64,000 bases of DNA from Selaginella moellendorffii. Its lineage: Eukaryota; Plantae; Lycopodiophyta. A program made the position numbers and the translations under genes. Position 1 is the stretch's first letter, and every line of letters begins with the position of its first letter. Below are positions 1-14,000 of this stretch, piece after piece. The notes under the pieces were generated by a model. That model ran no database searches. It worked only from the letters and a program-made list of their open reading frames with translations, and had not been told where the DNA came from. The stretch lies in the NCBI RefSeq assembly GCF_000143415.4, contig NW_003314261.1, positions 2,553,266 through 2,617,265 of the forward strand, read 5' to 3'.

Positions 1-774
1 GAGAGGAGGAATTTGAAGACGTCCTCGCCCTCGATGCCCTTTGTTCTCGCGAGATAGAGCGGCGTGAGGCCATACTTGTCTTCCCGGTTGATCTTGCCGC
101 CGAATTGGACGAGCAGGCCTTGGATCGATCAAGGAGTAGCAAAAGAAGTGGGAGAAGAAGAAGAAGAAGAAGACCATGGAAGGATACGGACAATGGGTAA
201 GCTTCCAGCTCTGGCCGCCCAGTGGAGAGCAGTTCTGCAATGCAAGGAAACGATCATCTCATCATCTTCTTCCTAGAGAGAAAGTTTCCCCAAATCAGTA
301 GCGAAATTTCTTTGACCATGTCTGTGACGAATCCACTCTTTGTACCTGCTCGTGTGCGTGTCTTGCGCATTGATGCTGGCGCCTAGCTTGATGAGATCCT
401 CGCAAATCTTGAGATGGTTGCAATCGGACGCCCAGATCAGCGCGGTTCTTCCATACCGATCCTACACTTCCATTTGGATGAATCGAGACAGAGGAAGAAT
501 TTAGGCGATGCCATACCTTGGCATCGGCATCGAAATCCTTGTCCTTGGAGAACTTGAGCACCGCCCGGTGATCGCCAATCTCCGCGGCATCGAAGATGTT
601 CTTGGGCGGCGCGCCGCGGCCGTGGAGATCGTAGATCGCAAACTGGCGCGTGGGGAGCTTGTTGGCCGCCTCGGACTTGCGCACCTGCTCCTGAGCTTGT
701 GCCTGGAGGATCGCGGCCTCCTCCTTCTTGGATTGCTGCCGCCGCCGCTCCATGGCCCTCTCCTTATCGTCCAT
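1..774 (-). CDS. Ankyrin-repeat protein (spliced; 3' end runs off the window)
   Basis: Exon 1 MDDKERAM...IFDAAEIGDHRAVLKF. After GT-AG introns the spliced frame reads DRYGRTALIWASDCNHLKICEDLIKLGASINAQD, RTALHWAARAGSLPIV and EDKYGLTPLYLA, all ankyrin consensus motifs. Confidence 0.85.
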
Positions 775-1548
775 GCCGTCCCGAAGAACCCTAAAACGGT
801 TGTCCCATGAAATTCAAACTGCCCGCCAAATGGGTAACGAATATGCTCAATTTTAAAGCCTTAACCCAACCCTAACCCTACATTCGCCTAGAAATTGGGG
901 CTCTTTATAAAAGACGGCAAGGTGTGTCTTTAAGCCGGTTGACCGTGTCGAGAGTTCTATTTTCGTGGCCGAGAATGTCAAGGAAAATGTCTCAAAGTGG
1001 GATCAGCACTACGGCACTTTGTTTTTTTGTATCCATGTCATTCGTCTCTCGCTCTAGTTCAAAGGGTCAAAATTTTCAGGCTCAAAGCAGATGATTCCAC
1101 GAGAACAATGTGAGACACGAAATCGCGATGAATTGCGCTCGCTCTTTCCATCTCATCTCGCGGGGGGAGGTGGAAATCGTCGACCTTTGTTTGCTGGAGG
1201 AAATGAGACAAGAAGAAGTTGAAGAAACGGACGCAAAGAACACAAGGTACACCGATTTTTTCTTTTCGCCTTTTATTTTTTTCTTTGGTGAGGAGTTTTA
1301 ATTGGATTTGCCAATCAGCAGTAGCTTAGGCACTGACGTTCTTACGTCTTAGAAAGAACACGCAATATGATCCAAAAAAGCGCAGATTATTTTATCCAAG
1401 GAGAAGAAAAAACTGCGAATCGAACTCGCCAAAATTGGATTTTTAGAAACAATATCTATGCGAAGACGAATGAATGAATGAACGAACAAGAGAAAAACGA
1501 TAGACAGCTTTCCTTCTCCCGGGGAGGAAGAAAGAAGAACACTGATTG

Positions 1549-3355
1549 CTATGACGGAGGAGGGGGACGAGGATCGCTCTCCTCCTCCTCGTCGAGTTCG
1601 AATGGATTGAAGCTCTGCTCGTGATGCCATTCTTGCGAGAACAAGTTCTCGATCATCTGCTGCTGCTGCTGCTGATGCTGATGCTGCTGCTGCCGGAGCA
1701 AATGATGCTGCAAAAGAATCTCTTGCCGCCTGCGCTGCTGCTCTTGATGCTGTGGATCCTGTTCTTCCACTCCAAATCGCGGCAGCTGGGCTAGGCTCTG
1801 CTGGATTTGTTGCTGGCGATGGATCTGCTGCTCGTGAATCTGGGTTTGCTGGGCCTGCTGGAGCTGCTGCTGCTGCTGGGAGGAGAATCCGACGGATGGC
1901 GATTGCTGGAGGAATGGCGGGCGATAGCCAAGAACCCTAAGTTGCTCCTGCTGGAGCACCGATGCGTGGAACAAGCTCTGCGCGCTCTGCGGCCATGCGA
2001 AAGACGCCGTCGCGGGAGGAGGACGAGGAGTGGGAGGGGGAGTGGTGCTCGCTTGCGCTGCCGCCGCGGCTGCCCTGGATTGGATCAGCTGCTGCGCTTC
2101 CTGCTGCTGCTTCCTCTCTTGCTCGCGCTGCCTCTGGCGGCTGTGGTACTCGTCTGGGAAGTTGAGCTTGGCCCTGTGGCCACGGAAATTGATGGCCGCC
2201 GCGTCGTACGCCCTGGCCGCGCCCTCGGCGGTGTCGTAGGTTCCCAGCCATACCCGTGCCGCCTTCTTGGGATCCCTAATCTCTGCCGCCCACTTCCCCC
2301 ATGGCCGCCGGCGAACGCCGCGGTATCGCGGCCTTGGATTCTCTTGCTGTTGTTGCTGCTGGCGCTCATCGCCCGCTCCGCGCGCTTGCGCCGGCGCTAG
2401 CGCTGTTCCTCCTGCATTGAAAGAGAAAACAAAGACGAGAAGTTAGAAAGAGATCGAGCAAGAATGGATGCTTTTCTCGCGGCAAGGCTGGATTTTGAGC
2501 ATCGAGCATTGCGGACGATCGTATTCGGGAATCTAGGATTTGAACAAGAGGATGGATTCGATTCGATCCGTATACGCTTTGATGTAACGTGCACATACCT
2601 CGCTGATGATCGTGAGATTGCTGCTGCTGCTGCTGCAGCTGGGCCTGTGCCTGCTGCGCTGTGATCGATGAGACCGATCGAGCTTGCCCGATTGACGCGA
2701 CATGCATTGCCGGTCGATCGCCGGAGCCACTTGCTGCTAGAGCCTCCGGTTTAAACTCGTGATCATACTCGTAGCTCCAGTCTAATTGCTCCACATCTCG
2801 CTGCCGCTTGTGTGAAGCTTGCGCCTGCTCGAGCGCTTGCTGATCGTCACCGCGGCGCTGGTCCTGCGGGATGATCATCCTGGAAGAGGAATCGCCGGCA
2901 AAAGGCGAGGAGCTACTGCTAGTCGACGTACTACCCGATTGACCGACGTGAGAGAGGACGCTCACCATTAGCGACCGTTCCTGGGTCAAAATCTCACCCC
3001 TCCCATCCATGAATCCCGGTATCTGCCGCGGGTCTACATGGAAGTCGGAGCTCCGCAGTGATCGAGCTTGCTGATCGTGGTGTTCTTCTTGATGGGGATC
3101 CTGGAGCCGCGGCCTCTTGGCGGTGCTTGACTCTTCCTCCTCCTCTTGCTCCTCCTTCCCACCGCCACTGGCACCGCCACCGCCACCATCGCCACCACTG
3201 CGATCTTGCCGACGATGAAAATCACCGCCACCCCCGGGGAACTCCACCTTCGATCTCGAAGAAGCGAATTTTGCTGTGATGATCGGCTGCTTACTTGCTG
3301 ACTTGATTATCCTCGTGGATGGCTGGACGGATAGTATTCTCGGCGGAGCGATCAT
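1549..3355 (-). CDS. AP2/ERF transcription factor, group X (ABR1-like), Gln-rich
   Basis: Two exons (3355-2599, 2411-1549; intron 2412-2598). Exon 2 encodes [57 protein letters not shown]. Exon 1 has [12 protein letters not shown], resembling the group X N-terminal motif. PolyQ C-terminus. Confidence 0.9.
1657..1692. repeat. CTG/CAG trinucleotide tract encoding polyQ in the ERF
   Basis: ctgctgctgctgctgctgatgctgatgctgctgctg. Confidence 0.8.
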
Positions 3356-3763
3356 CACAGCGCGTTTGTTGCTGCCGCTCGTCACGAGGCTTCATCCAAG
3401 TGAAGCTCCCTAGCTCTCTCTCACTCGTTCTGGAATCTGGATCGCTCTCGCTAGATTGTATTGTTTTTTCTTTTTCCTTGTGGCTACTGCTGCTTTGCTA
3501 CCACTGCTCCTTGCCTGGTGTGCTCAATGGATCCTGCTCCTAGATTTCAAAAGCTACATGATTTTGTCGGCAGCGATTCAAGCCCTTTCCGATTAAAACA
3601 GTGGAGAGTGTCTGAGCTGTTGTACAACAGCACAACAGTCGGAACACGACTTCGAATTCCTCAGTATTTTGCCACTCTTTGGTTTTGATGGTTGCGTGCG
3701 CGTCCTTTGCACCGCCCACGCTCAAACCCAAACAAAGAAAAAAAAACACCTTTTCTTCCTTCT

Positions 3764-3767
<4 letters not shown>

Positions 3768-3801
<34 letters not shown>
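3768..3801. repeat. (AG)n microsatellite upstream of the ERF gene
   Basis: About 17 perfect AG units. Confidence 0.95.
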
Positions 3802-3803
<2 letters not shown>

Positions 3804-4297
3804 GGAGGGGGGAGCTGGAACCTCTTCGCCAAAAACCGACCTAGTGAATAATCTTCTTAGTAAATTCCCCCCAAATGAAAGAAGAAAGTTATAGAGAGTC
3901 CTATTTCATCAGCTCTAAAACTCATGCTAGATCCCCTGTAGCAATTGCTGCGCATCTGCTCGCGCGATGGCCTGATTGACAGACAAGCGAGGCCTTTTTC
4001 TCGCAACCCACACACACATTTTTCTCGATTCCTATCGCGTTCTCCTCTATCTCGAGTGGAGTGTGCGCGATATCAATTCGAGGAGCTTATCGGCCCTGGA
4101 TCGCACGAAAGATCCGCAAGATAAGATCAATCTCTCGTTTGCTTGCTCTGCCGCCTTTGACGAAGCTTCGCGGGGGTCCAGGCGCATTTGCCCGGGCCTT
4201 CCTCGTCCCTTCCCGCGCGCTTTGAGGATATTCCCGCCACCGCTGCCCTAGGTTTTAAATTTGAAACGGGCGGACGCCACATGGACCCTGCTGTAGA

Positions 4298-4636
4298 CAC
4301 GTGTGCAAATTGGGCTGGCCACCGTCGACGCGACACCGACCTTGGTAGCCCACGCCAGCATGTCGGTGTGGCACGTGGCGGTATCCAAGGGCCGCGATTC
4401 TCTCGGTCACGGTCAAACCCCGCCATAAGCGGGAAAACATTCCAGGCGTCGTTTAGCGCATCAACGCGCTTACAGGATATGCGGCTGGTCAATTCAACCA
4501 TTCCGTTATAAGTTGGTCAACCCCTTGGACGAAATGTTTGCCCTCTCTCTCTCCATTTTTTCTCCGAGCTTGGTAAGAACTTAGAAGAAGGGAGCTGTTT
4601 TTCCTGGGTTCTTTCTGCGCATGGCGGTGGCACGTG
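4298..4636. promoter_or_regulatory. Cluster of G-box/ABRE (CACGTG x3) and DRE/CRT-like (ACCGAC/GTCGGT) motifs upstream of the ERF
   Basis: CACGTG at 4298, 4372 and 4631; ACCGAC at 4335; GTCGGT at 4362. Function is inferred only. Confidence 0.4.
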
Positions 4637-4709
4637 TTTGGACGTAAATTTTTTATCGGTGCGCCAGTGACCCACTGCTTGAATCGTTGAAATCTAATCC
4701 ATGGCTCTT

Positions 4710-7135
4710 TCAATCCCTCTCACGGGAGGAAGCGAGGGCGTCAAGGAGCTTCGGTCCAACAATTGTTACATCACCTGATGATGCGAGCAATAAAAGCATT
4801 GTCTCGTCAAAAGATTTGAGTAGAGAGCGCAAAAAAAAAAAAAAAAAACAAAAAAATTGGAATCAAACAAACCTGCACCGAGCGTAAGGAGTACGATATT
4901 CCCCCCTTTGTTGACTTCGTTCTCCTCCAGCGCTGTGAGCTCCCAAGAGAGACGTTCTATAACTTCGTCCTGGATATGTGCATGCGTGGGGGCTTGTCAG
5001 AGGTAAAAACAAGCACGCCTCAAGGAGCTAGCTAAGCACTCACCAAGGTTGGTATGAACATCGCAGGTGGGCCTGTAATAACGGAGACCAAGTCCGCGCC
5101 GCTAAGTTTCCAAACATTGTTCTCTCTGGCCGAAAAAATCTGCCACAATGTAGGTACGAACTCAGAGCAAGCAATATTTTACAAGGACAAGAGAAAAGAA
5201 TACTGGCCTCCGTCACGATCACTCTATTGGCACCGCTAAATGCCGGAGCAAAGTCCTGTAAGAGCTTGGCGATACGACTGCATGCACCATCTTGTCATAC
5301 CGTGAAAAAGAAGCAACGCCAAGAACGAGGCCGAAACTTACCTGTGTGTGTGTGGCTGAAAAACCACCCAAATCGGCTGCTTATCAAATCTCTGACGAGC
5401 TGCTTGAAGAACAGCGCGGACCTCCGTCGGATGATGCGCGTAATCGTCATATATGTCACACCTTCGTACGGTTCCTACGTACTCGAAGCGCCGGCGGAGC
5501 CCCTGGAAGCTTTGCAAGGCGCTGCTGGCGGCTTGTGCAGCCACTGCCATGGCTTTCAGCTGGCCAGATTCATCACATGATCCTTTGCCTTTGAATGCCA
5601 ACAGTGACACTGCCGCGAGAACCTGGACATCGAAGGTGAGCAAACGACAAAAGGATTTAAATACGCACACTCAACAAAGGCTTACCGCTAGAGAGTTGAG
5701 TACGTTGTATGTGCCCGGAAGCTTCAAGCTGACCCTGGCCATGGGCCTATTCCTGTACACCTGCATTCACGCAATATAAATCATTAGTCCCTCCCATGTT
5801 GCTGAAGTGCCGAGTGACGAAATTATACAGCAACATAATCTGTACCGCCCAAGATGTTTGGCACAAGCATGATTGCTCGCCAATCATTTTGTTCGTGAAG
5901 GCCATATGTGAGTTTCCTAGAAGCCTGTTTGGAATATTGCTCGAGGCTAGTGATCAAGGATCGCGTCCCTGCACTGAAGAGAAGGATTACGTTGGCAAAA
6001 CAATGAACATCGCAGAAAGAACCTGTCGCCACAAATTATCAGGCAGCCATCCGGCTTGATCCGGGAAATAAAATGCTTGAACATTTCTCGCACGGAGGCC
6101 TGCTAGACAGCTTGATCTGTAGACAATTAAAAACAAAAAGAGAGAGACAAACACTATACCTCGTCCGGGAACATGTCGACATGCTCCCATTCCACGCTAG
6201 TGACAATTGCGAGGGAAGGCGAAACGCCCAGAAAACAGCCATCGTACTCGTCTGCCTGGAACAAAACATTCTATCAGAAAGAACAAAAACACATCCACAA
6301 CTTTACATGCCTGGGATCTAGTGTGAAGAGCACACCTCTAGGACGAAACGGCCTCCTTTTCCATAAGCCATATTACCGCCAGCCAACTGCAAACTTGCTG
6401 GGAATTGTCACTACAATAGAACAACAGCTACCTGTGGGACGTCAGCACCAACGATGGCCGTAATATCATCACTGAAACTTTGAAGAACAACGGCCAGCAT
6501 CGCCGTGGTGGTACTTTTGCCTGCATTCTCGAGTTTAGAGCGAAGTGTATTAGCGGATTCAAAGCGTCATACCATGAGTTCCAGCCACAGCAATAAGCTC
6601 ATAATCTTCGGTGATCTCACCCAGCCATTCCGTCCGTTTGATTCTGGCAGGAAAAAAAAATTTAAAAAAATTAAAGATACGTTTCTACTGGGTGGTGCTT
6701 TACTTACACTCGTAAGCCTCGACGGCGAGCAGCTACAACTTCTTCGTTTTCGGCAGGAATCGCACTAGACACCACAACAGCATCGGGAAAAATCCCAGAG
6801 TCGCGAAGCCAACGCTCGTCATGGCCGGCATGAACGATGGCACCAGCTTCTTCCAGCGATCGCAATTTATTGCTCCATGTAGCATCAGATCCAGAAACCT
6901 TCCATCCCTGCATTGGGATGGCCACAATGCCAGTAACTACTACCAGAAATAACAAGCATACCTGCTTGAGCGCTAGCAAAGCGAGAGGGGACAATCCAGT
7001 GCCGCCAATCCCTACAAAATGCACCCATCGCGATCCTTCCGCCGATGCCGCGCACGGAAATCCAAGGCGCCGCTGCGATGGACTGCGCAGCGGCTCCGGC
7101 AGCAGCGCCCGCGGCATTCTCCAAGCCATCGCCAT
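4710..7135 (-). CDS. murC: UDP-N-acetylmuramate-L-alanine ligase (plastid peptidoglycan synthesis), multi-exon
   Basis: Transit-peptide-like N-terminus, then HFVGIGGTGLSPLA...GWKVSGSD, DAVVVSSAIPAENEEVVAARRRG, FQGLRRRFE, IYDDYAHHPTEVRAVLQAAR, VVFQPHT. Last exon GDVTIVGPKLLDAL...ERD* stops at 4710-4712. Confidence 0.93.
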
Positions 7136-8015
7136 GAACCCTAATTAGGGATTGAGGGTTTTAACGGTCTTGGAGGGTGGAGCTTTCTCAGATCGGTCGA
7201 ATTTTCCATCCACTGGTAGAGTTGATCGATAGCTATGGTTTTAGTTCTCGTGATCGTGGCGCTCTTTAACTTGGAGCTATGCATCGCCCAGCAATTCCAA
7301 GCTCTCTCTCCTCCAGTAACTAATCTTCTTCCATCTCCCGCTGGAGATTTTCATCTTCCTCTCCAAAATGGCAAGGGCGAATGAAAATCAAGACGATGAA
7401 TCATCTCCAAAGGGGTAAGAGTGGGAATCGCGTTTGTTATAGTCGTCGCGGTAATTTTTGGAGTGGGAGGTTCTTACATCTACGTGACCAAGAAAGCCGA
7501 TTTAACCGGGCAAAGAATGGGTAAAATTTTCAAGATCTCTTTAAAAACCATGGCATTCTTTTTGACGTATGGTTAGAAAACACGCATCGCGGCAGCCTTT
7601 TAAAAAAACACACACGAACTCCTCACGCCTGTGTGTTGTAAGAGTGAAATTTATGGAAATCTCTCTTTTTTTCTACCCCCACACGCGAAAGGCATGCCAC
7701 GTCAGCTTTTGGGCTCCCTCTGGAGCACTTTTTATGCGTTTGGCCGGGCGGCAAATGGGGCGCCATGCATGGCTGATAAAGTGGGAAGGCCAAATAACCC
7801 TACATTCCTTTCTTTCTTTGTCTTGTTTCTTTCTTTCTTTCTCCCTCTCTTTCTCTCAAGGCGCTAGCTAGGGTTTTAGGTCTGTCGCAGCGCCCAGGCC
7901 GCGATTGCAATGCGGCGATGCGGATGATCGCTCTCTTGGATCAGCTCCGCCTAGCAATGCAGGTGGCCGACGCGCGCATCTGGCCGATTCGAGGCTAGCG
8001 GAAAAATATTTCGCA

Positions 8016-11000
8016 ATGGCAACGTCGAGAGGAGACGCCGGGCGGCGCCTCTCCGGCACGCACACGAGCGGCGAGGTTCTTGACAGCGAAGTCGTACCGT
8101 CGTCGCTCGCCTCAATTGCTTCGATCCTGCGAGTCGCGAACGATGTGGAACAGGAGCGGCCACGCGTGGCTTATCTTTGTAAGTTCATCCGATAGAGCAT
8201 CACGGCGCTATTTGACACTGTATCTCCGCTGCTAGGTCGATTCTATGCTTTTGAGAAGGCGCACCGACTGGATCCTACCTCCAGTGGCAGAGGTGTTCGT
8301 CAGTTCAAGACAGCACTCTTGCAGCGACTGGAAAAGGTGAGCGTTCGTTTTCTACCAGTGTCACTTTCGGGCCTGATGAGTCCGATATTTCTTTCAGGAC
8401 AATGCTTCGTCGCTCGCTCAACGGGTTAAAAGAAGCGATGCAAAGGAGATCCAGTATTACTACCAGCAGTACTACGAGAAATATGTCAAAGCCCTCGACA
8501 AGATTGATCAAAGTGACCGGTACTTTCTGCTCGATCTTAATCTGCCAGCCTATTGGAATGTTTTGTGTGTCTCCAGTGCTAAACTTGCCAAGGCGTATCA
8601 AACTGCCGGAGTTCTTTTTGAAGTACTCTGTGCGGTCAACAAAACTGAGGAAGTTGCTCCCGAAGTGAGTGCATGCTACTTTCTTCAAGTGCTGGTACTA
8701 ACTCCAGGTTTCCAGATCATAGCTTTGGGTGAAGATGTCAAAGAAAAAAAGGACATCTACGCGCCGTACAACATTCTTCCTCTGGATGCCGCTGGCGCAT
8801 CGCAAGCTATAATGCAGTTGCCAGAGGTGCTTTAGTTCACTCGTCTTTTCCGTCGAAGGCTCTTACGTTTTTGTTCTTAGATAAAAGCAGCTGTCGATGC
8901 TTTGAGAAATATTCGAGGCTTACCTTTCCCAGCTGCTTTAGAGCATCAGCCGAACAAGTCAGCTGAGGTCGACATTCTCGATTGGCTCCAGCAAATGTTT
9001 GGGTTTCAGGTAATTGAAATAATTTTCTTGCTTGTTGGCGGGCACTTGATTTGCGCATATCAGAAAGACAGCGTGGCCAATCAAAGAGAGCATCTTATTT
9101 TAGTTCTTGGAAATTCACACGTGAGAAATTCGCAAAAGTCGGAATCCACATCATCCAAGGTAAGCTAGGTAGTTTTTTTTTCTGATGAGAGTATGAATGT
9201 TAACTCGGGCAATTTTTGTTAGCTGGATGATCGAGCTCTCAATGAAGTTTTCTTGAAGCTTTTTAAGAACTACAAGGATTGGTGCAAGTTCTTAGGCCGT
9301 AAAAGCAGCCTAGTGTAAGTTTCCTAAAGCTAACCTTGATCCTTGAAGCATACTTGATTGATTACGCAGGTTACCCGAAGTTCCACAGGAAGCGCAGCAG
9401 CGAAAGCTTTTGTACATGGGCTTGTTTCTTTTGATTTGGGGTGAAGCCGCCAATCTCCGTTTCATGCCCGAATGCCTTTGCTATATCTATCACAATGTAA
9501 GTCACTTTGCAAGCCGTTTAGGAATGCGCTCATGGAAACACTGCAGATGGCGTTGGAGTTGCATGGCATGCTAGCCGGAAATGTCAGCTTTGTCACTGGC
9601 GAGTATATCAAGCCTGCTTACGGTGGTGACGAAGAGTCTTTCCTACGAAAAGTTGTAACGCCCATTTACGATATCATTGAGAAGGTGCGTGATTAGTTTC
9701 TCGAAGAAGATACAATGACCTTGCCTTTAAAGGAAGCGAGAAACAATAAGAACGGAACAGCTCCTCATTCGGCATGGCGCAACTATGATGACTTGAATGA
9801 ATACTTCTGGTATTTTGGTGTTTGTGGAAAGACGTTTTAGCCATCTTGTAAATGCCAGGTCTGCCGAGTGTTTTCGATTGGGTTGGCCGATGCGAGCAGA
9901 TGCAGATTTTTTTGTGCCACCTGCTAGAAAGATTGTCAAGGTAAGCTCCAGTTTCATTATTTCAATAATTTTGTAAGCTTTTTATTTGGCAGGGGACATC
10001 TGGGAAGCGATTATCTCAGCGTTTAAATAAGACAGGCTTTGTGGAAATACGTTCATTTTGGCACATATTCAGGAGTTTCGATCGCATGTGGACATTCTTC
10101 ATCTTGGCCCTTCAGGTAATTACTTGTCCGAATCACTTACAATTTACAAGAGATATTGTTGTTATAGGTGATGATCATTATCTCTTGGTCTGGAACTGGC
10201 TCTCCTTCTGACATCGTTCGCGGAGACACACTGAAACAAGTCTCCAGCATTTTTATAACTGCCGCGGTTCTTCGCTTCCTGCAAGGTATGAAGTTCCGCG
10301 TGCTAGCTTCCAACACATTCGGGTTCTCTCAGGTGTATTGGATGTTATATTCAGCTATAAAGCTTATCACAGTATGAGATTTACAAGCACGTTGCGGCTG
10401 TTCATAAAGCTTGTGGTTTCTGCTGCATGGGTGGTTGTCCTTTCGGTTCTCTACGTCCATACGTGGGAGAGTCCCAGGGGTTTGATTGGGATTATACGAC
10501 GCTGGCTGGGGCACAGGTGGAAGAATCCTTCGCTCTATATTGCTGCTGTCATCGTGTATGTACTTCCCAACGTTATAGGCGCGTTCTTCTTTATATTTCC
10601 CGCTATACGACGATGGATAGAAAATTCTAACTGGCGAATCATTCGTTTCTTGCTTTGGTGGTCACAGGTAATTTTTCTTTTTCATTTGACTTATGTAAGC
10701 TTGTAATATGGTACAGCCGCGCCTCTACGTCGGACGTGGAATGCACGAGGGGCAGTTTACGCTCTTCAAGTAAGGCTTATGTTTTGTTTGATGTAGATAA
10801 TTCAATTTTGGTTGCAGATATACCTTCTTTTGGGTTCTGTTAATTTGTAGTAAGCTGGCATTCAGCTATTACGTGCAGGTTTGCATCTTTCGATTTATTT
10901 ATTTATTTTTCTAAAACCTTTCATTTCTTTTTCTTCTTTTTTTATGTCATATATCTATCAGATAAATCCTTTGGTGAAGCCTACAAAGAACATAATGAAC

Positions 11001-14000
11001 ACCAGAAACATTACTTATACATGGCATGAATTTTTTCCTAATGGTAATGCTTTCTCGATGTTTACGATTCTTCATGTTTACTTTTGCAGCGAAAAAGAAT
11101 ATCGGTGCTGTGATTTCTGTCTGGGTACCTGTCTTGCTGGTAAACTTCGCATCTCTGTTATGAGAATCCGTATGTTTTAACTTTCTTCTTCAGATTTACT
11201 TCATGGATACGCAATTGTGGTATTCTGTGTATTCCACACTGTTTGGAGGTATATCAGGAGCCTTTAGGCGTTTAGGAGAGGTAATTATAAGTCCAATTTA
11301 TCTTTTCGTTCTGATCTGCGCTAGTTTTGTAGATTCGAACGCTCGGCATGTTGAGGTCCCGGTTTCAGTCTTTACCAGAAACTTTTAACCGCAATCTAGT
11401 GCCGAAGGATCGCCAGGTGAACAGCCACGAATACTGTAGTCGCAACTGATGCTTTCTCTGATTCAGGCTAGTGGAGAGCAAGAGGCATTTGCCAAGTTCG
11501 CACAGCTGTGGAATGAAGTTATCACCAGCTTTCGGGAAGAAGACCTCATTAGCAACAAGTATTTCTGTGCCTTTTATGATGTCTTTACTTAACCAGATAT
11601 TGCAGGGACATGGATCTGATGCTTGTGCCATATTCCGCTTCAAATATGAATGTAAAGCAGTGGCCTCCATTTCTCTTGGCTAGTAAGGTAGGAATTTCCA
11701 ATCTGTTTCTACTTCTAACATTGAAAGCTTCTTGTAGATCCCAGTAGCCATACAAATGGCGGAGCATGCTAGAAAGAAGGATGGATTGCAGCTATCAGAC
11801 GATTATATGCGTTCTGCCGTCACAGAATGCTATAGTGCGTTTAAACTGGTCTTGAATACTCTGATCGCACCTAACACCCGTGAGAAAACGTATGCGTTGC
11901 AGATTTTTTGGTTTCATGTTCTTAATTGTTATTTGCAGGGTTATCGATGAAGTTTTTGAAGAGGTTGACAAGAGCATCAATGGAAACACCCTACGTCTTT
12001 ATTTTAAAATGAGTGCATTACGCGCACTCAATGATAAGTTCGTTACGCTTATAGAGCATCTGGTAAGGTTGTGTTTTTAAATTCAGAAACTGATGCTATA
12101 TTTGTTTTCTTCATAGCTGAATCCAAGTCCTGATTCACGACATAGCGTGAGTGTGTTGCTACAAGACATGTATGAAGTGGTATCGAAAGATATGATCGTG
12201 GAGGATTTATGGTAAGCTTGATCGCTAGTTTGGTAACTTACACAAGTGCAACACTTTCAGGGAAGAAATCGAGGAGCGTATTGCTAGTAAGGAAAACAAA
12301 ACTGCAGTTCCAGTCGATCCAGCTAACCGGCAGATTGACTTGTTCGACATCAAAACTATACGATACCCGCCACCCGATACCCCTGCCTGGGTTGAACAGG
12401 TTCAGACGCAGTTTAATTTGATGCTTCACGTTGTCTTACTGCCTACATTTTGCAGATTAAGAGGCTGCATTTGCTGCTCACTGTCAAGGAAACTGCGATG
12501 GACGTACCGACAAACTTGGAAGCTCGTCGACGTCTTACATTTTTCACGAATTCTTTATTCATGAAAATGCCAGAGGCTCCACCTGTTCGAAATATGCTTT
12601 CCTTCAGGTAAATTTTTTTTCTCTTGAAATTTTTGTTATGTGCGGTTTTGATTGTTTTAACAGCGTTTTGACGCCTTACTATGCTGAGGAGATTGTATTT
12701 ACAAAGGAGCAGCTGCATGAAGAAAATGAAGATGGCGTTTCTATCCTCTTCTATCTGCAAAAGATATTTCCAGGTTAGTTTTTGTCATATTTTGTTTTGA
12801 TTGCAAATCAGTAACGAAGTAATCAGATGAGTGGGATAACTTCTTGGAGCGTATCGATTGCGAGTCCGAGAGTGATATTGGGCATAACGAACAGCACACA
12901 TTGGAACTTAGAAAATGGGCATCTTTTAGGGGACAAACACTCTCAAGAACAGGTAATTTGACATGTTCTTATGCATCTTTTCCTACGTGTTTTGTATGTA
13001 GTTCGGGGGATGATGTACTACCGCAGGGCACTCGAACTACAAGCATTTTTAGATATGGCGTCTAGTCAAGGTATAAGTTTTATCACATATATTTTGTATT
13101 TAAGCAGCTTGCTGGCAGAAATTCTTGAAGGATATAAAGTGGTCGCCAACTCTTCTGAAGAAGCGAAGCGAAGCCAAAGGTCACTGTGGGCTCAATTGCA
13201 AGCAATAGCGGACATGAAGTTCACGTATGTAGCAACCTGCCAAAGCTATGGTATTCAGAAGCGATCGAGTGATACGCGTGCGACAGATATCTTAAATCTG
13301 ATGATTAAGTACGTCTTCCAATGTTCTACTTTGATTGGGTTTTCTGACCGCGATCAAAATGCAGGCATCCGTCATTGCGAGTTGCATATATTGATGAAGT
13401 GGAACAAAGAGAGAAAGATAAGATAAAGAAAGTCTACTATTCTGTTCTTGTGAAAGCTGTAAATAAGCTTGACCAGGTAAGGTGTTTTTTTGTTTACAAT
13501 CTGTCTCTTACACGTTTTTGGCTTCAGGAAATCTATCGTATAAAGCTTCCTGGACCTGTGAAACTAGGGGAGGGTAAACCCGAAAATCAAAATCATGCTA
13601 TTATTTTTACGCGGGGAGAAGCTCTTCAAACGATTGACATGAACCAGGTAATCTCAGGATTTTTGTTAAATGAGCTAAATCCATATAAATTTATGTTCAG
13701 GACAATTACCTAGAAGAAGCGTTTAAGATGAGAAATCTCTTATCCGAATTTCGCAAAAATCATGGTGTTCGTCCACCGACAATTCTCGGTGTGCGGGAGC
13801 ACATTTTCACTGGCAGGTAACAGTGTAACAGTCAACTGTTAAACATGGATCGGACTCCAATTTTTTTGTCACTTAAACAGTGTCTCGTCGCTTGCATGGT
13901 TCATGTCCAACCAGGAGACAAGCTTCGTCACTATTGGACAACGAGTGCTCGCAAATCCATTGAAGTAGGATTCCAAACTTCTGTTCGATCTGTTTTGTGA

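Noticed and set aside
860-880. Telomere-like AACCCT/CCCTAA repeats here and near 26610-26645
   Set aside because: One or two imperfect units, consistent with ordinary telo-boxes rather than interstitial telomere arrays.
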